A stretch of DNA of 57,758 bases, filler included, from Dugesia japonica (GCA_001938525.1; 4 parts of 4 records of this genome joined end to end with filler, not necessarily neighbours in it), one strand, 5' to 3'. Counted from the first letter of the whole stretch, positions 40,475 through 52,742 are shown. Numbers and translations are program-made. The notes: generated by a model not told the origin, from the letters alone.

Positions 40475-41045
40475 ACAGTCTTAATTCATCCAATTCTTTT
40501 GTTGGACATCTTGGAGGGGCAGTCGGTGGATTTTCCATATTTATCCGTGAATTGTAAGGTCCTTGTCCTAGTAGCCATCATTTGCGATCCCTTTTGTTTC
40601 GACTAAATTTTACATCTTGTCAATCAAGAAATTTCTTGCCTGTCCATTTTCTTGAACTTTGATTAGTCTCCGCATCACGTTTGGATCCATCACTGCCAGT
40701 ATCACTATCCTACAGATTATCCTCGGATTTTAATCATACAACCGTATGTCTATCAGTTCCGCTTTTTAATTTCAACTTTTTAAAATCATCGTTATGTCGC
40801 TTAAGCATGATAAGCTTTGTTCAAAACGGAAATAGATGCCATGTCCAACCACTCATTCTAAATATTCCATAGGTTGATAAAAATTGAGTGAGTATTGTTT
40901 TTTGATATAATCAATGCAAAGATTACTCTTGAGAATCCAGACATTATTGTACCGAAAGAACTAAATTTACCCAATATCCTATTTATTAACCATTTTGCTG
41001 CATGTTTGTAATGCTCAGGGCCAAATAATAAATTGTAATTTGGTT
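40475..41045 (-). pseudogene. Putative chuvirus-like glycoprotein (env-like) C-terminal fragment
   Basis: With one frameshift: NYNLLFGPEHYKHAAKWLINRILGKFSSFGTIMSGFSRVIFALIIS/KTILTQFLSTYGIFRMSGWTWHLFPF*TKLIMLKRH, then a charged tail ending NPPTAPPRCPTKEL. Resembles the recalled chuviral G pattern GKF..FG..S.G..[TM]..K..I......Y......GW(S/T).HL. Recognised by eye only. Confidence 0.55.
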
Positions 41046-41810
41046 AGAATATCTTGCGGGCATGCGGTCACATCAACCGTTTATTGTTTTAACTAACACT
41101 TAAGTTAATTTAGCGGGAAATTCAAATTTCCAAAAATGTTTCTTGAAAATTTTATTATCTTTTTTTCTATTTTTATTGAAAATTTTCTTGGGGTCAAATT
41201 TTAAACTTTCTTTTTTTATTCTTTTTCTTTCATCTATCTTTTATTATTTTTATTTTTTTCGGGTTTCGATGATGTATTTGTGTATGGTTCGTAAATCTGT
41301 TTAGACAATGTTTTACAGAAATGTTCCTGTTGTTTACAGTTACAAATGAAATTTCGGTTTAACGAGTCTATGTAGCGATTTTTTTGTCAGATTTGTATAA
41401 CTTTTGATGTGATAGAAAGAGGAACACAGAGGACTAATGATGGTGTAAAGGCTTAATATTTTTTAGGTGATGGTGTGTTTGTGTAAAAATGCAAATTTTT
41501 TAAATGAAAATCGCGACATAATGAGTGTCGAATGATAATTTTTGGGTTTCCATAATATATTTGAGTTAGCTATCAAAATCAATCTATAAGTTGTCCTGAG
41601 TGACCATGGGCTAAAATGATTGTGTTGCACGAAGGCAGCTTTTGCGTTGCAAATATTAGTTTCGATTTTATTTTTAAGGTTTTATTAGCTTAAAAATATG
41701 AAATAAGACATTTATTTAATTTTTTTAAGTTAATAGTTTAAATCAATAAATTTTTAATGAATATTAATTAATTTAATGGATAGTTTCAGTTACAGTCTTG
41801 TTTTTATTCA

Positions 41811-41860
41811 ATACCATTACATTACCTCCTCTGATATCAGAGGAGGTAATGTAATGGTAT
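41811..41860. repeat. Perfect 50-bp palindrome
   Basis: ataccattacattacctcctctgat|atcagaggaggtaatgtaatggtat; no spacer, no mismatch. Confidence 0.95.
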
Positions 41861-42499
41861 ATGTACGGTCTAACGTTGTGAATTCATCAAGGTCCTTAGC
41901 ATCCGATTCGAGTCCGTTCAAAGTTGAACTTATCGATTAGCTTGCGTAGTTTTAACTAGGCTTAACTCAATTATAGTATGTGCATCTCCGTAACAATGCT
42001 TTGGACCGTTCACACCCGGTCATAAATTGAATACTGCTACAATTCTTTAAAAACAATCAGTCACCATTGTCAATAATTGACTAGACTTATATCGGCAAAA
42101 TGACCAGAAATTCCATCGCAACTGTTACTTATTCAATACATATCATAGTTTATATAATTTAACACATTTTAGATCATATTAATAGAACCTTTAAACATCA
42201 TTGACCATATAAAAATGGAACCTTTTAATAGATTTACTTAAATTTCAATTAACAATAAATTAAATTATCTTACAAAAAAAATCTAATTAAAATTTAACTT
42301 CAAAAAAAATTTATCATATAAACAAAATAAACTTACTATTTCTAATTTCAAATATATTTATAGTATTATGAAATTAAAAATCAATATATTTATTGACTTT
42401 TTAATTTCATATTATCATAATTGATATTATGAAAATTATGAAATTATGGATGAAAATGATAAGAATATAATAGAATATAATATAAATTTAAAAATATTT

Positions 42500-43310
42500 A
42501 TTATTTACATCGTAACCGTATAATATTTACATAGTTACAGTGTATTCTTTGTATTATTTACATAGTAAACGTGTATTATTTGTAATATTTACATTGTTAC
42601 GATGTTTTTTACATAGTTACCTTGTATTATTTACCTAGTTACGATGTATTATCACAAAAAGGGAAGTCTTTATGTTTTTTATTACAACATAACCACAGAG
42701 GGGAGTGCATAGATATTTACATGATAAAATACTTATATTATATAAAATATTCATAGAGGGGAGTCTTTGTATTTTTATTAAAAATGTATATCTATTAAAA
42801 TTAATTATACATGGGAGTTCATGGGTATTTACATTACAGAATATTCAAAGAGGGAAGTGTGACATTTCTCTTAAAAATAGCAAAGAGTGGAGTCCATAGA
42901 TATTTACATATTTTATTATGGAATATAATAAAACATAATCAAAGAGAGGAGTCTTTGTATATTTTTTGTTATAAAATATATATTTAAAAAAATCATAAAA
43001 GCTTAGAACTATTGTAGAATTTTTTTCAAAAATAATGCAAAGTGTCAAACCTTTGTTTAAAAAATTCATAAAGAGTGGAACTTTTCCATATATATAACTT
43101 AAAAGTTTTGTATAAATACCATATAAGACTATATAACAACTTATAAGTAAATATAATATTTTTTTAATGAGTAAATTTTAAGTAATTTTTATTAAAAAAG
43201 TAACTAATTTTATTAAATTCTTTATAAAAAACTTTAAAGTAAATATTTTTATGACTGTATAGGGTTTATGAGTTTATTACTTTCATAGTAACCTTGTAGT
43301 ATTTTCATAA
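42500..43310. repeat. Compound degenerate tandem array
   Basis: About six copies of tatttacatagttac..tgtat (42500-42650), then about eight AGAG(G/T)GGAGT-headed units roughly 40-60 bp apart (42655-43085), then more catagtaac-type units near 43285. Confidence 0.75.
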
Positions 43311-44464
43311 TAATCGTGTTATATAAGGTAGTCATGCAATTGTATGCTCGCGGCATGTACAATTCATGTAAAATGCATGCTTGAGTCATGTTTATAAATA
43401 TTGGAATATATTTAAAAATAATGTCCTATTTATAATTCAAACAACAAATTATATAATTTAAAACGAATTACATCCAATCATATAAATTAAAATGAATAAT
43501 AACCATACATTTCCATTAAAACAGGTAACGTCTAATAGAAACTGTCAGATTGAAACTGACAAATAACAAGTATGTATGTATCGTTGTGAGTATATAAGCA
43601 GTAGTTTTTTTAAAATTAATTACTTTTATAATTCAAAATGCAAGAAAATATTATGAATAAAGAAAATGTCTCTACAATTACTTTGGAACTAGGAAACGTT
43701 TCAGATTTTTATCATCACAAAATATACTTCCTGAAGACACCGATTTATTTTACGACTCTAAAGTAATTTTTTATTTCTTTTTTATAATTTAATTTTGTTT
43801 TAGAAATCGGTTACGATTAAAAGTTCAAAGTATAGTTTTTTAACATCTGGAAGCCACGAAAAAAGACAGAAACATGCTTGAAGCTCTATTTTCAAGAGTG
43901 AGCAAGGATATTGAAATAGTTTGAAGTAGTTTTTCTCAACTTTAAAGAAAGAGATAAAAACACATATGGTAATGATATAAAATGAATGATTTAATATAAA
44001 AAATAAAATAAATATTACTTTTTTCTTTTTTAAAAACTTATCATTCAAACCATGTGGTACCAATGGGTTCTTACAACCCATTATTCTACATTTTCCTGAT
44101 CTGAAGAATATAATTGTAAACTTGTCACTTTTGACTTAAAATTGACATGGTTTACCTATAGGAAAGCTCATTTTCTTTGTAAATTCTTGAGACACTTTAC
44201 CTCTGTAATTAATATTTGTTATCATAATTAATAAATTAATGAGGAACATTGGGGTTTTGATGGAGTTAATTTAATTGATCGGTTAAAACCAATATAAATA
44301 ATGTACTGAATAATTAATAAATTAAAGAAAAAAATGATGGGAAAATTAAGAGATGAAGCAGTCTATAAAATTGTTGGGCCTAGACGTAGTAGTAAAACTT
44401 TGTATGCAAACTACTGAAATCAAATTTATTCAAATCGAAATTTAAAAACATATACTGACAAAGA

Positions 44465-47400
44465 GAATATGCTATTCATCTTTCTAGTATAGATTTTGTG
44501 ATCCCCTCTGCGATAATATTTTTCATCGGGATTAATGATACATACCTATTATGCCTAAGATGCAGGAATAGCCGGCTACTGTTGTTAATGGTCCTGTGAT
44601 GTATACGCATATTGTTTCAAATGGCTCTGTGGCGGTGAATGCTAATTTGATCTTACATCCTAGTTTATTTCCTTCTTTTCTTTGTAACTGGCTCAGAACT
44701 GCCCCCATAGCATGGTGCCTAGCATCAGTATCCAATACAAAAATGTCTGTTTCATTTGGGAATACTAGAACTGGTGAATTTGTCAAAGTGTCTTTTAGCT
44801 TTGAAAGTGACATTGTGTGTTCCTCTTTCCATTTTAGATTTACGATCTTTTTCCTATTTCCAATGATATTAGCTTCTCTAANNNNNNNNNNNNNNNNNNN
44901 NNNNNNNNNNNNNNNNNNNNNNNNNNATTTTCTGTAATAGTTACAGAATCCTAAGAAACATTGCAAATCTTCATTTGTTTGTGGTGGCTGCCAATTTTAA
45001 ACCGCTATAATTTTATCTGGATCTGTTTCAATTCCTCTTTTAGATATAATATGACCCAAATATTTAACTGAATTTCGTAGAAAAGTGCACTTTGTAGGTG
45101 ATGATTTGACTCCTGTTTGTCGTATTTTCTCGAATACTGTTTTTAGTCTCTAGTTATTTTCTTCAAAATCTTTTCCAAAGATGAAAATGTCATCTAAGTA
45201 TAGTACACATTTTTCAAAATTTTCTTCTCATAAAATGAGATGAATTAATCTCTGAAACGTTGCGGGTGCTCTACATAATCCAAAAGGCAATCTGTTAAAT
45301 TCATATTGTCCTCTCCTAGTTGCAAATGCTGTTTTTTCTTTATCATGTTCATTTAACTCAATATTGTAGTAAGCGCTTGATAAATCTAAAGCGCTGAAAT
45401 CTCTTGCTCATGATAATAAGTAAAAATGTTGCTGGTTGTCTGCAATTGAGAAAATGGGTCTTTTCGTTACTGAATTAAGTTTTCGATAATCAACGCATAG
45501 TCTTATATCACCGCTCTTCTTTTGACAAATAACGATTGGTGATGATCATAGGCTTGAGCTCTCTAGGACAATCCTATTGTTTTTTAATTCATTTATCATT
45601 TCATCAACATGACTTTCTTAGTGAAGTGGGGTCTCGTCTCACTGGTTGTGCAATAGGTATTCGTAGCTAGTGATTTCAAAATACATTGAACACGATCTGC
45701 ATTTCCCTTTTCGTAACTTCTAAAGACTTCTTTGATGTGATCTGTCTCTATTAGTGGTTCCACAGTACCAATTTTCGTGTTTTTAAATATCGTAATCTCT
45801 CGATTTTTTATATTNNNNNNNNNNNNNNNNNNNNNNNNNNNNNNNNNNNNNNNNNNNNNNNNNNNNNNNNNNNNNNNNNNNNNNNNNNNNTCTATCTGCC
45901 AACATATCTTTGTATGGACTAAATAAAACATTATCTAAATTAAACAAGTCGCTATCAATTCTAGTTAAAACGTTTATTTCTTCTCTTGGACTGACTACCA
46001 CAGTTCTATCTAAAAGTATAATAATATTACAAATTTGAGCCCCCTATAATGGTTCGCATCAGCTTCTGGACTCTCATAAGCTGAGCGTTCTAGTTTTTCG
46101 TCTCTCTTACTTTAGAGATAAACGGGATTTGTTCTTCATCTGACATCACCGCAATATTCAGACTTTTCATTTCTTTAATGCCTATAATTACTCGAAGAAA
46201 TAATTTATCAACTACTATTATCTTAACTCTCTTAGTTTTATTTCTTATTTTAACTTTTAATATAGAATGACTAATTACCTTTTTATTTGAGCCATTCGCA
46301 CAATTTAACACTTTGTTGGATCGATATAGCTTGAGTCCTTCTCTTTCTCAAAGTTTCTGGAAAATTCCATAGTCGATATTACTTGATTCTGCTCCTGAAT
46401 CTATGAATAGCTTTTCATATTTATCTTCTATATAACCTCTAATAATTGGTTATTTTGCCACCGGTCCACTTCTGCTCTCTGATATCATCGTTTTTGTAGC
46501 CGCATTTATTGGATTTCTTTACCTTGATCCGTTGATGAATTGTTCAATTTGAATAATATCGTCTGGATATTTTATTTTTAGGCTACAATTTTTTATAGTT
46601 TTTCTTTTACTTGCTACTGTTTTAAATAGTCCATTTTCTTCCTCGGTTTTACTTTTATAATCAGNNNNNNNNNNNNNNNNNNNNNNNNNNNNNNNNNNNN
46701 NNNNNNNNNNNNNNNNNNNNNNNNNNNNNNNNNNNNNNNNNNNNNNNNNNNNNNNNNNNNNNNNNNNNNNNNNNNNNNNNNNNNNNNNNNNNNNNNNNNN
46801 NNNNNNNNNNNNNNNNNNNNNNNNNNATGTGCCCTTCTTCTTTGCAATTATAACATTCAATTCTATTCTTAAAATCTTTTGATGTTTTTTCATGGTTAAG
46901 TTGATTTTTTATATCATGATTTTTTCTATCTGTTTTATTTTATATTCTAAATCGGATATTCGTTTCTTTAAAATTTCTATTTCGTTCGATCTTTGACTGT
47001 CCATCTCATTGGTAATCTTTCTCACATAATAATTTTCTGATTTTTGTCTTCTTAATAAGATTAAACGCTTCTTTAAGTGATTTTGGTTTCATAAATTTAG
47101 TCGATTTGGCAGCATTTCGATTATTTATGCCTTTTAAAAATATATTAATAAGGATCTTTTCTCGTTCTATATCATCATGATCTTGCAATTGTTTCATGCC
47201 TGCAACTCGAACTGTTGGTAAATATTGGCGAAAAGACATATTTTCCTGTCTGCAATTAAGCACATTAATTATTGGAATTACTTTAGTCGTTTTTGTGAGA
47301 TTTAATTTAATTAACTCCTCTTTAATTCAATCATAATTTGATATATTGTATCTTAAATTTGGAATTGATCTTAATTCTAACATTGCATTTTCTTCCAAAC

Positions 47401-47670
47401 TGTTCATCAATTTTTCAGATTTTTCCGTTAAGTTAGTTATGTTTTGATCTGTAAAAAACTTCTCTAAATTCGATATATGATTATGAATATTTTCATTTAT
47501 CTGGAATTGTTTGTAGAAATTCGTATTTCCTTGAAGAAATTGGAGAAGTTCTTCCAAACCTGCTCTTGACGCCATGTTGTTTTATGACTAAAAGGAACTA
47601 AATAGACAAAATATATTTAAAAAACTGCCAATTACATATTAGTTCGACTAAAAAAACATCTATTTCTACA
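44465..47670 (-). mobile_element. Gypsy/Ty3 LTR retrotransposon: 5' LTR, PBS, gag, protease, RT, partial RNase H, partial integrase (decayed, 3'-truncated)
   Basis: LTR end ...CAACA then PBS TGGCGTCAAGAGCAGG; gag 47575-~46500; LFIDSGAESS; IRLCVDYRKLNS, LPFGLCRAPATFQR, VLYLDDIFIFG; FLGFCNYYRK; FVLDTDARHHAMGAVLSQ; EPFETICVYITGPL. The PR-RT-RH-IN order is Gypsy-type. The LTR outer edge is a guess. Confidence 0.92.
47557..47574 (-). promoter_or_regulatory. Primer-binding site, tRNA-Ser-like
   Basis: TGGCGTCAAGAGCAGGTT directly after the LTR-terminal CA; similar to the complement of tRNA-Ser(CGA) 3' ends (TGGCGTCACGAACAGG). Confidence 0.7.
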
Positions 47671-48561
47671 CTCATAAAGTAATTTAAAAGTCATGAAATC
47701 AAATTGTAGTTTTAATAGGGATTATGCATAAAAATGCAAATAAAAATATAAAATAACATAAAAATTAATAATAGTCAATTATATAATGCTCAAATAAATA
47801 ATAAGCAGATCATCAGATTTATTATACTGTACAAAATAATGTAGATACAATTTTTATAAAAAATATCAAATATGAATAAAATCGATATTAGAACTTAGTG
47901 CGAGACAGCACAAAATGGAGATCAAAGTATGTATAATCAAGATGTAAGAATTAACGGACCGAAAACATAGGTTAATTACAGTAAAAATGACATAAAGTTT
48001 GAAAATTGATGAGAAGACATTTTATATTAAATTTTGGAGTTTGACATTATAAACCGAATTGAGAAACTAAAGTTTAAGAAAATAATAAAATAACATGCTT
48101 AATCAAATTGAAGGAGGTTATAGACTAATATTAATAATAATTTGGATTATTATAAAATTTTGGTGATTCAAACCAGAACCCGACATTAGAAATAAAAGTT
48201 AGAAGTTGTTGTGCGACCAATCAAATAGCAGTGTTATTAGTTCTTTCGAATATATAACTTTAATCTTGATGACATTTTATTTGAGAGAACTATTTTTATT
48301 GGTTATTTTACGAAATATGATTTGTGAATGTGCGTAAAACTGGTATATATAATCAATTGTAAATGATCATAAAATTTGTTGAAAGTGCATATACACCCTA
48401 GCTCTGTTTTAATGAGAATAGAAATTTGTTCGAAAATTTTAGGGATATTATTGATTTGAAGTCAAGATTAAGGAACGTTAGTGTTGGGAATTCTTTATGC
48501 GTATGTTGCTACAATATTATATATTTGCAATATTTTATCGAAAATTATAGATAAAGTAATA

Positions 48562-48661
48562 NNNNNNNNNNNNNNNNNNNNNNNNNNNNNNNNNNNNNNN
48601 NNNNNTTAATTAATTAANNNNNNNNNNNNNNNNNNNNNNNNNNNNNNNNNNNNNNNNNNNN
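48562..48661. other. Artificial scaffold spacer
   Basis: 44 N + TTAATTAATTAA (48606-48617) + 44 N. Confidence 0.95.
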
Positions 48662-49579
48662 TATTTTAATGTTATATTTATTTTATGTAAACTTTAAAAA
48701 ATAATTGCCCTGTTTCGATAAACATTTTGACTCATAAGATTTTGTTTTGTGTAAGTAAATGTAAGTCATATCCCTAAAACGTTTACCAATTGCAAAATTA
48801 ATGTAATACCGGAAATTTGGTAATATTGCAAAGTCATTCAAAAATATCAAAATTTAAGCAACACTTTTTGTAGAAATACTGCGATTTATTAAAATTGTTT
48901 TTTTTATTTATTTTATTATCATTATAGCGATATGCAAATAATACGGTTAGAAATATTTATTTGAACAACCTTTTTACCGATATAAACTTTATTTATTTCT
49001 TAATGAAATATTTCTTTTTTTTTGAAATATTATAAATATAATTACATATGAATATTTTGTTTTAATATATTAAATCTCAAAATATTGTTATTTTACTGAG
49101 AATTGATATTAACGAAAATTATCCTGACATTTCATCAGGACAATATTCAATACAAACAATTAGAACCAATTTTTTGTTTTCTTTAATGGTTATTTGAAAC
49201 ATTTTAAAAATGTCTTTTGAAAAAAAAAATTAATTTCACATAAATCAGAATTATTTTCATTAGGAATTTTTATCGATGTTTTTAATTTATTTTCAGTTTT
49301 CAACTAACCAAAATTAATTGAAAATCTCAATTTTATTTCAGTTTGAATAATTTTGTGAAATTTATTGATTTTTATTTAGTAAAATCTCGGATTTAAATTT
49401 AATAATAAAAGATCAAAATCAGGAGATGATTTAATTGATTTGAAATAAATACGGAAATTTATAATTAATGAAAAAGTTTTTATTTCAACTATTTCTGTTA
49501 ATTAATTGTTTTCAAATTGAGTTTTTTAATTATTTGTATTGCTAAATTACAGAGGCGTACAATAAATTTATAAGATAAA

Positions 49580-49875
49580 TTCTCACCATGGCTCCTTCGC
49601 CCTAGGCATCACAAATTTCTGCAGCAGTGGCTCGTGGACTGACTCCTTTTTTCCAATGAAATCTAATTAAGACTTTAGTAGCATTATTTTCATTATTAAA
49701 TCTAAAATAGCGTGAATAATTTAAATCGATGAAAAATAAGTATACACACCAAATATACGATAAACAATGCCAAACATGCATTGATTTGCACAATAATACA
49801 TGATTATGTGACAGAATAATCAATTGATAAAAAGTAATTTATTGAATGTTTACAAACTTATGTGAAACCATATTA
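49580..49875 (-). mobile_element. Mariner 5' remnant (HTH)
   Basis: KVLIRFHWKKGVSPRATAAEICDA*GEGAM matches the mariner N-terminal HTH; TIR-like sequence near 49855-49875. Confidence 0.75.
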
Positions 49876-50019
49876 TTTACTCGATTCTTTTATTTTGAAC
49901 TCTTACTTGTGCATTAATACTTAAATTATTTTATTAGTTAGAAATAAGAAAATTTGTAAATTTAGTATTTTTAATCAAATAATACAAACTATTTTGTTCT
50001 AGAAATATGTAAAAAATGA

Positions 50020-50780
50020 TGGCAGATGTTTAATAAAATATAAATAACAAGACAATTGATAAAATATTGGTTGATTTTGATAAAAGGATTGAAACTGTGT
50101 TAAATAATCGTGAACCTGATAACACTTTATCAAACTGTATTGGGTCATTGGTTTTATCGATTTCTTATTCCTGAAGGTTTTAAAAAGTTTAAGAAATTCG
50201 ATTCTGAAAGCTGNTAAGGATCTTCTTTTATAGAAAATTGTTTCTACGTCACATAAAATTGTTAATAGCTTTGTTAATAAATCTCATACACCAATAGTTC
50301 TTGAAGAAGGCATAACCGAAATAATCAAAAATGAAGAAAAGAAGAACAACAATTCTGATCTTTTGCATTTAAAACATTTTCTTTTAAATAAAATGGTTTA
50401 TTTAGTTATTTTCACAGATTAGTGGTTAAATTTTTTAAATTTTTTTATGTATTTTTTTTTTAAATTTATTTGTATTTTATTTTTTAAAATAATTTTCAAT
50501 TTAATTATTTTAAAGGTTTGGAAAATTTTTAAATATTTTTGTAAAACTTCTTTGATTTTATAAGTTTAAAATAGTAATTTTAATAAAATATTGTTATAGA
50601 AAAAAATTTTGATTAGAATATAAATTAATTTATTATTGAAAAAATTGTTAAAAAATTTTAAAAATTAAGAATTNTAGCCGTTTTATATTCAGTAAAATAA
50701 TATAGACTGAATAAATTCATTTTTTTCTCATTTTTGTCAGATGATGACAGTTGATCCGTCGAAATAAATAACAATTAAAT
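50020..50780 (+). mobile_element. Penelope-like element remnant with terminal repeat and degenerate hammerhead
   Basis: Frameshifted LSISYS/EGFKKFKK and KIVSTSHKIVNSFVNKSHTPIVLEEG resemble the RT-to-GIY-YIG linker at ~18.0 kb. 50660-50770 is homologous to 54145-54274. Confidence 0.65.
50730..50780 (+). ncRNA. Degenerate hammerhead ribozyme motif
   Basis: tttttgt-CAGATGA-T-GACAG-ttgat-CCGTC-GAAA-taaata-acaa. Core U4 is mutated to A and stem II has one mismatch; stem I ttgt/acaa is intact. Confidence 0.65.
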
Positions 50781-51104
50781 TTTGTTTTACATGGCCCTAT
50801 TTATTGTTTTTTGTTCTATTTGATTTTTGATTTGAAAAAAGTCAATTCCTGACGAAGACACAGTCAAAATATTGATTTAATCTAAAAAACCAAGAAAAAA
50901 CAAATTTTGGTCGAATCTTTTATTTTAAATGAATTACTAATATTATTATAATTAATTGGCCATAGTTCTTATTAGTTTTCCTTAATATTAGTACACTTAT
51001 TACTGTTTCTCGTGTTATTATTATCGTTTTCGTTACTCTTATTATTATTCTTGTGTTATTGCAATCGTTATTGTTGTCATCATTATTTTTATTATTCCTA
51101 TAAT

Positions 51105-52742
51105 TGATCATTATTATTAATATTACTTTTTTCAAACCTGAATTTTCGATTTGATTAAAAACTTTTTTCAATCTTTTTGTATGCTCTTTCTCAGTTTTAG
51201 AAAAAATCAGTATAACATCAAGATAAACAATTGTTTCCTTCCCATTTAATGGTCCAAACACTTTTGTCATTAAGTTTTGAAATCTTGCTGGTGCTGCTGC
51301 TATTTTAAATGGCATTCGGTTGAAGCAAAATTGACCAAACTTTGTAGAAAATACAGTTTTGTATTTTGAGCTTTCTTCTAATTCTACCTGATAATATGAA
51401 TTACCCAAATCTATCGTTGTAAAATATTTTGATCCATTCAAATTGTCACGCATTTTTCCTATATTTGGTATTGGGAACAAGGGTCTCTTCGTGATATTAT
51501 TCACTTATTTAAAATCCAAACAAATTATAATGTCTTTCTTCTCTTTCTTCCAAACACAAACTAATGGACTATTTCACTCAGAGTCACATTGTTTAATTAT
51601 ACTCTTTTCTTCCATTTCTGAAATAGTCTTATTAATTTTATCTTCTAAATGAATAGGTTATCGCCTAGGATTTACTACAACTGGACCACTGTGGGTAACA
51701 ATTTCATGTTTTAATAGTGTTGTCTTACATACATCCCATTTATCTTTCATATAAATTTCTGAAAATCGTTCAATTATATCCCTAATAATTTTATTCACTT
51801 CATTTTTAAAGTTCATAGTTTTTATTTCCAACATTTCTTTATTAATATAATTTAATTTTTAATTTTATAATATTAGGTCCTGGATTTTTACAAAGTGAAC
51901 ATTTAACATTAGTACATTGTGAGCTTATCTGATCTTCTTCTTTGCACGCCCAACATTTTCTCACTCTGAAAGTTTGAATATTGTGTTCATGGTTTCCTCT
52001 CAAAGAATTTATGGTATTTCTCCAATATATCTTGGAATCATATTTTTGCTCATAATTTTTACTTTGATTAAATTTTCTATTGAANTTTGGTTTATTAAAT
52101 CTATTATTTGAATTTTGAATTTTACACGCTACTGTTGCGTATGTAATTGCTTTCTACAACGCTGATATTCCATATTCTGGTTCCATTTCTTTTTTCAATC
52201 CATCAATTTTAATTATAATTTCTTTCATTTTTTTACGATCTTCTATATCTCGCATTTATCATTCATTGAATTTTGTAAAAGGAATTTAATGAGTTTTTCC
52301 TTCGTTAACTGNNNNNNNNNNNNNNNNNNNNNNNNNNNNNNNNNNNNNNNNNNNNNNNNNNAACTGGTGACGCAGAATATTATCTGCTAATTTTTCAACT
52401 TTTGAAAAAAATGAAATTGAGGATTTATTTAGTCTACGATATTTCAGGGCATTAATTAGATCTTTACCAAGGTCTGCAAGCTCTGAAAATGCTTCTCTGC
52501 ATCTTGTTTTAAAATCTTTAATCTTTGAATCAACTGTTTCATATAATTTGACTGCTTTTGTTGTCTTTAAAAGCTTTTAAAATTATTTTCTTTAACTGAT
52601 TCAATGGAAATTCAAAAAGTCTTTTTCCTTCTTCAATAAATTCTTCAATATTTTCTCCTATCTTGAAAATCTTGGGTGTTGAAATCCACGAGTTTAGGAT
52701 TGGTGTGGTTGCCATGTTAGACTTGGAAAACGAATTAAGCAT
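51105..52742 (-). mobile_element. Gypsy/Ty3 retrotransposon gag and RT remnant
   Basis: Gag-like STPKIFKIGENIEEFIEE; RT YFTTIDLGNSYYQV...FNRMPFKIAAAPARFQNLM...IVYLDVILIFSKTEKEH (YLDD mutated to YLDV). Truncated into AAT-rich low-complexity DNA, and protease not seen. Confidence 0.88.

Noticed and set aside
40681-40872. Plus-strand 63-aa ORF
   Set aside because: Antisense shadow of the glycoprotein-like frame.
42655-43085. Repeat-spacer pattern as a CRISPR array
   Set aside because: Repeats are short and degenerate, spacers are AT-rich and related, there are no cas genes, and the DNA is eukaryotic.
49120-49142. Minus-strand CTGATGA as a hammerhead core
   Set aside because: No stem II closed by GAAA; only a small hairpin.
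50920-51110. N/I-rich C-terminal extension of the RT ORF
   Set aside because: Read-through of a truncated RT into AAT-rich simple sequence.
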